Source: a candidate division WWE3 bacterium RAAC2_WWE3_1
Lineage (GTDB): Bacteria > Patescibacteriota > WWE3 > UBA101185 > UBA10185
Reading direction: 5' to 3'
Assembly: GCA_000503835.1 (NCBI GenBank)
Contig: CP006914.1
Location: 465,680 to 529,679, forward strand
DNA length: 64,000 nucleotides
Shown here: positions 64,000 through 64,000 of the stretch, in pieces
How the letters are laid out: every line of letters begins with the position of its first letter
Numbering within the stretch: position 1 is the stretch's first letter
Made by a program: the position numbers and the translations under genes
Notes under the pieces: model-generated
Told to the model about the DNA's origin: nothing
The model's input: the letters and a program-made list of their open reading frames with translations, nothing else
Databases searched by the model: none

Positions 64000-64000
64000 C

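Overview
64 kb of a reduced bacterial chromosome that reads as Candidate Phyla Radiation (Patescibacteria). The gene content and large secreted proteins suggest the Microgenomates/WWE3 side, which is an inference and not a database result. It uses genetic code 11. The window is mostly information-processing genes: efp, dnaB, rpmE-prfA, rpsF-ssb-rpsR, ychF, cysS, dnaX-recR, rpsU-yqeY-ybeY-pth, rpsB-tsf-frr-rseP, topA, def-fmt, rpmB, folD, secE-nusG-rplK-rplA and a divergent F1-ATPase cluster. It also carries five tRNAs (Leu-CAA, Thr-TGT, Tyr-GTA, Thr-GGT, Trp-CCA) and a probable 6S RNA. Envelope and surface genes include HtrA, CtpA, a PilX-like protein, two large secreted proteins sharing a C-terminal domain, and a 2015-aa adhesin-like protein co-oriented with a MacB/LolCDE-type ABC system. 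About a dozen stand-alone ORFans are interspersed. No CRISPR array, integrase, transposase, reverse transcriptase or prophage was seen. The most unusual signals are: (1) three covarying ANTA-loop hairpins in tandem between rpsB and tsf; (2) tandem permuted acceptor-stem/microhelix repeats overlapping the start of tRNA-Thr, plus an upstream tRNA half fused to an ATP-grasp gene remnant; (3) leaderless-looking housekeeping genes contrasted with SD-led, self-contained ORFan units; (4) a 14-repeat propeller inserted inside a split LamG domain of the giant protein; (5) a GlmL-like/KOW gene pair in a ribosomal protein-protease operon; and (6) an unexplained GC-rich structured RNA ahead of tRNA-Leu-efp. 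All family assignments come from motif recognition by eye.
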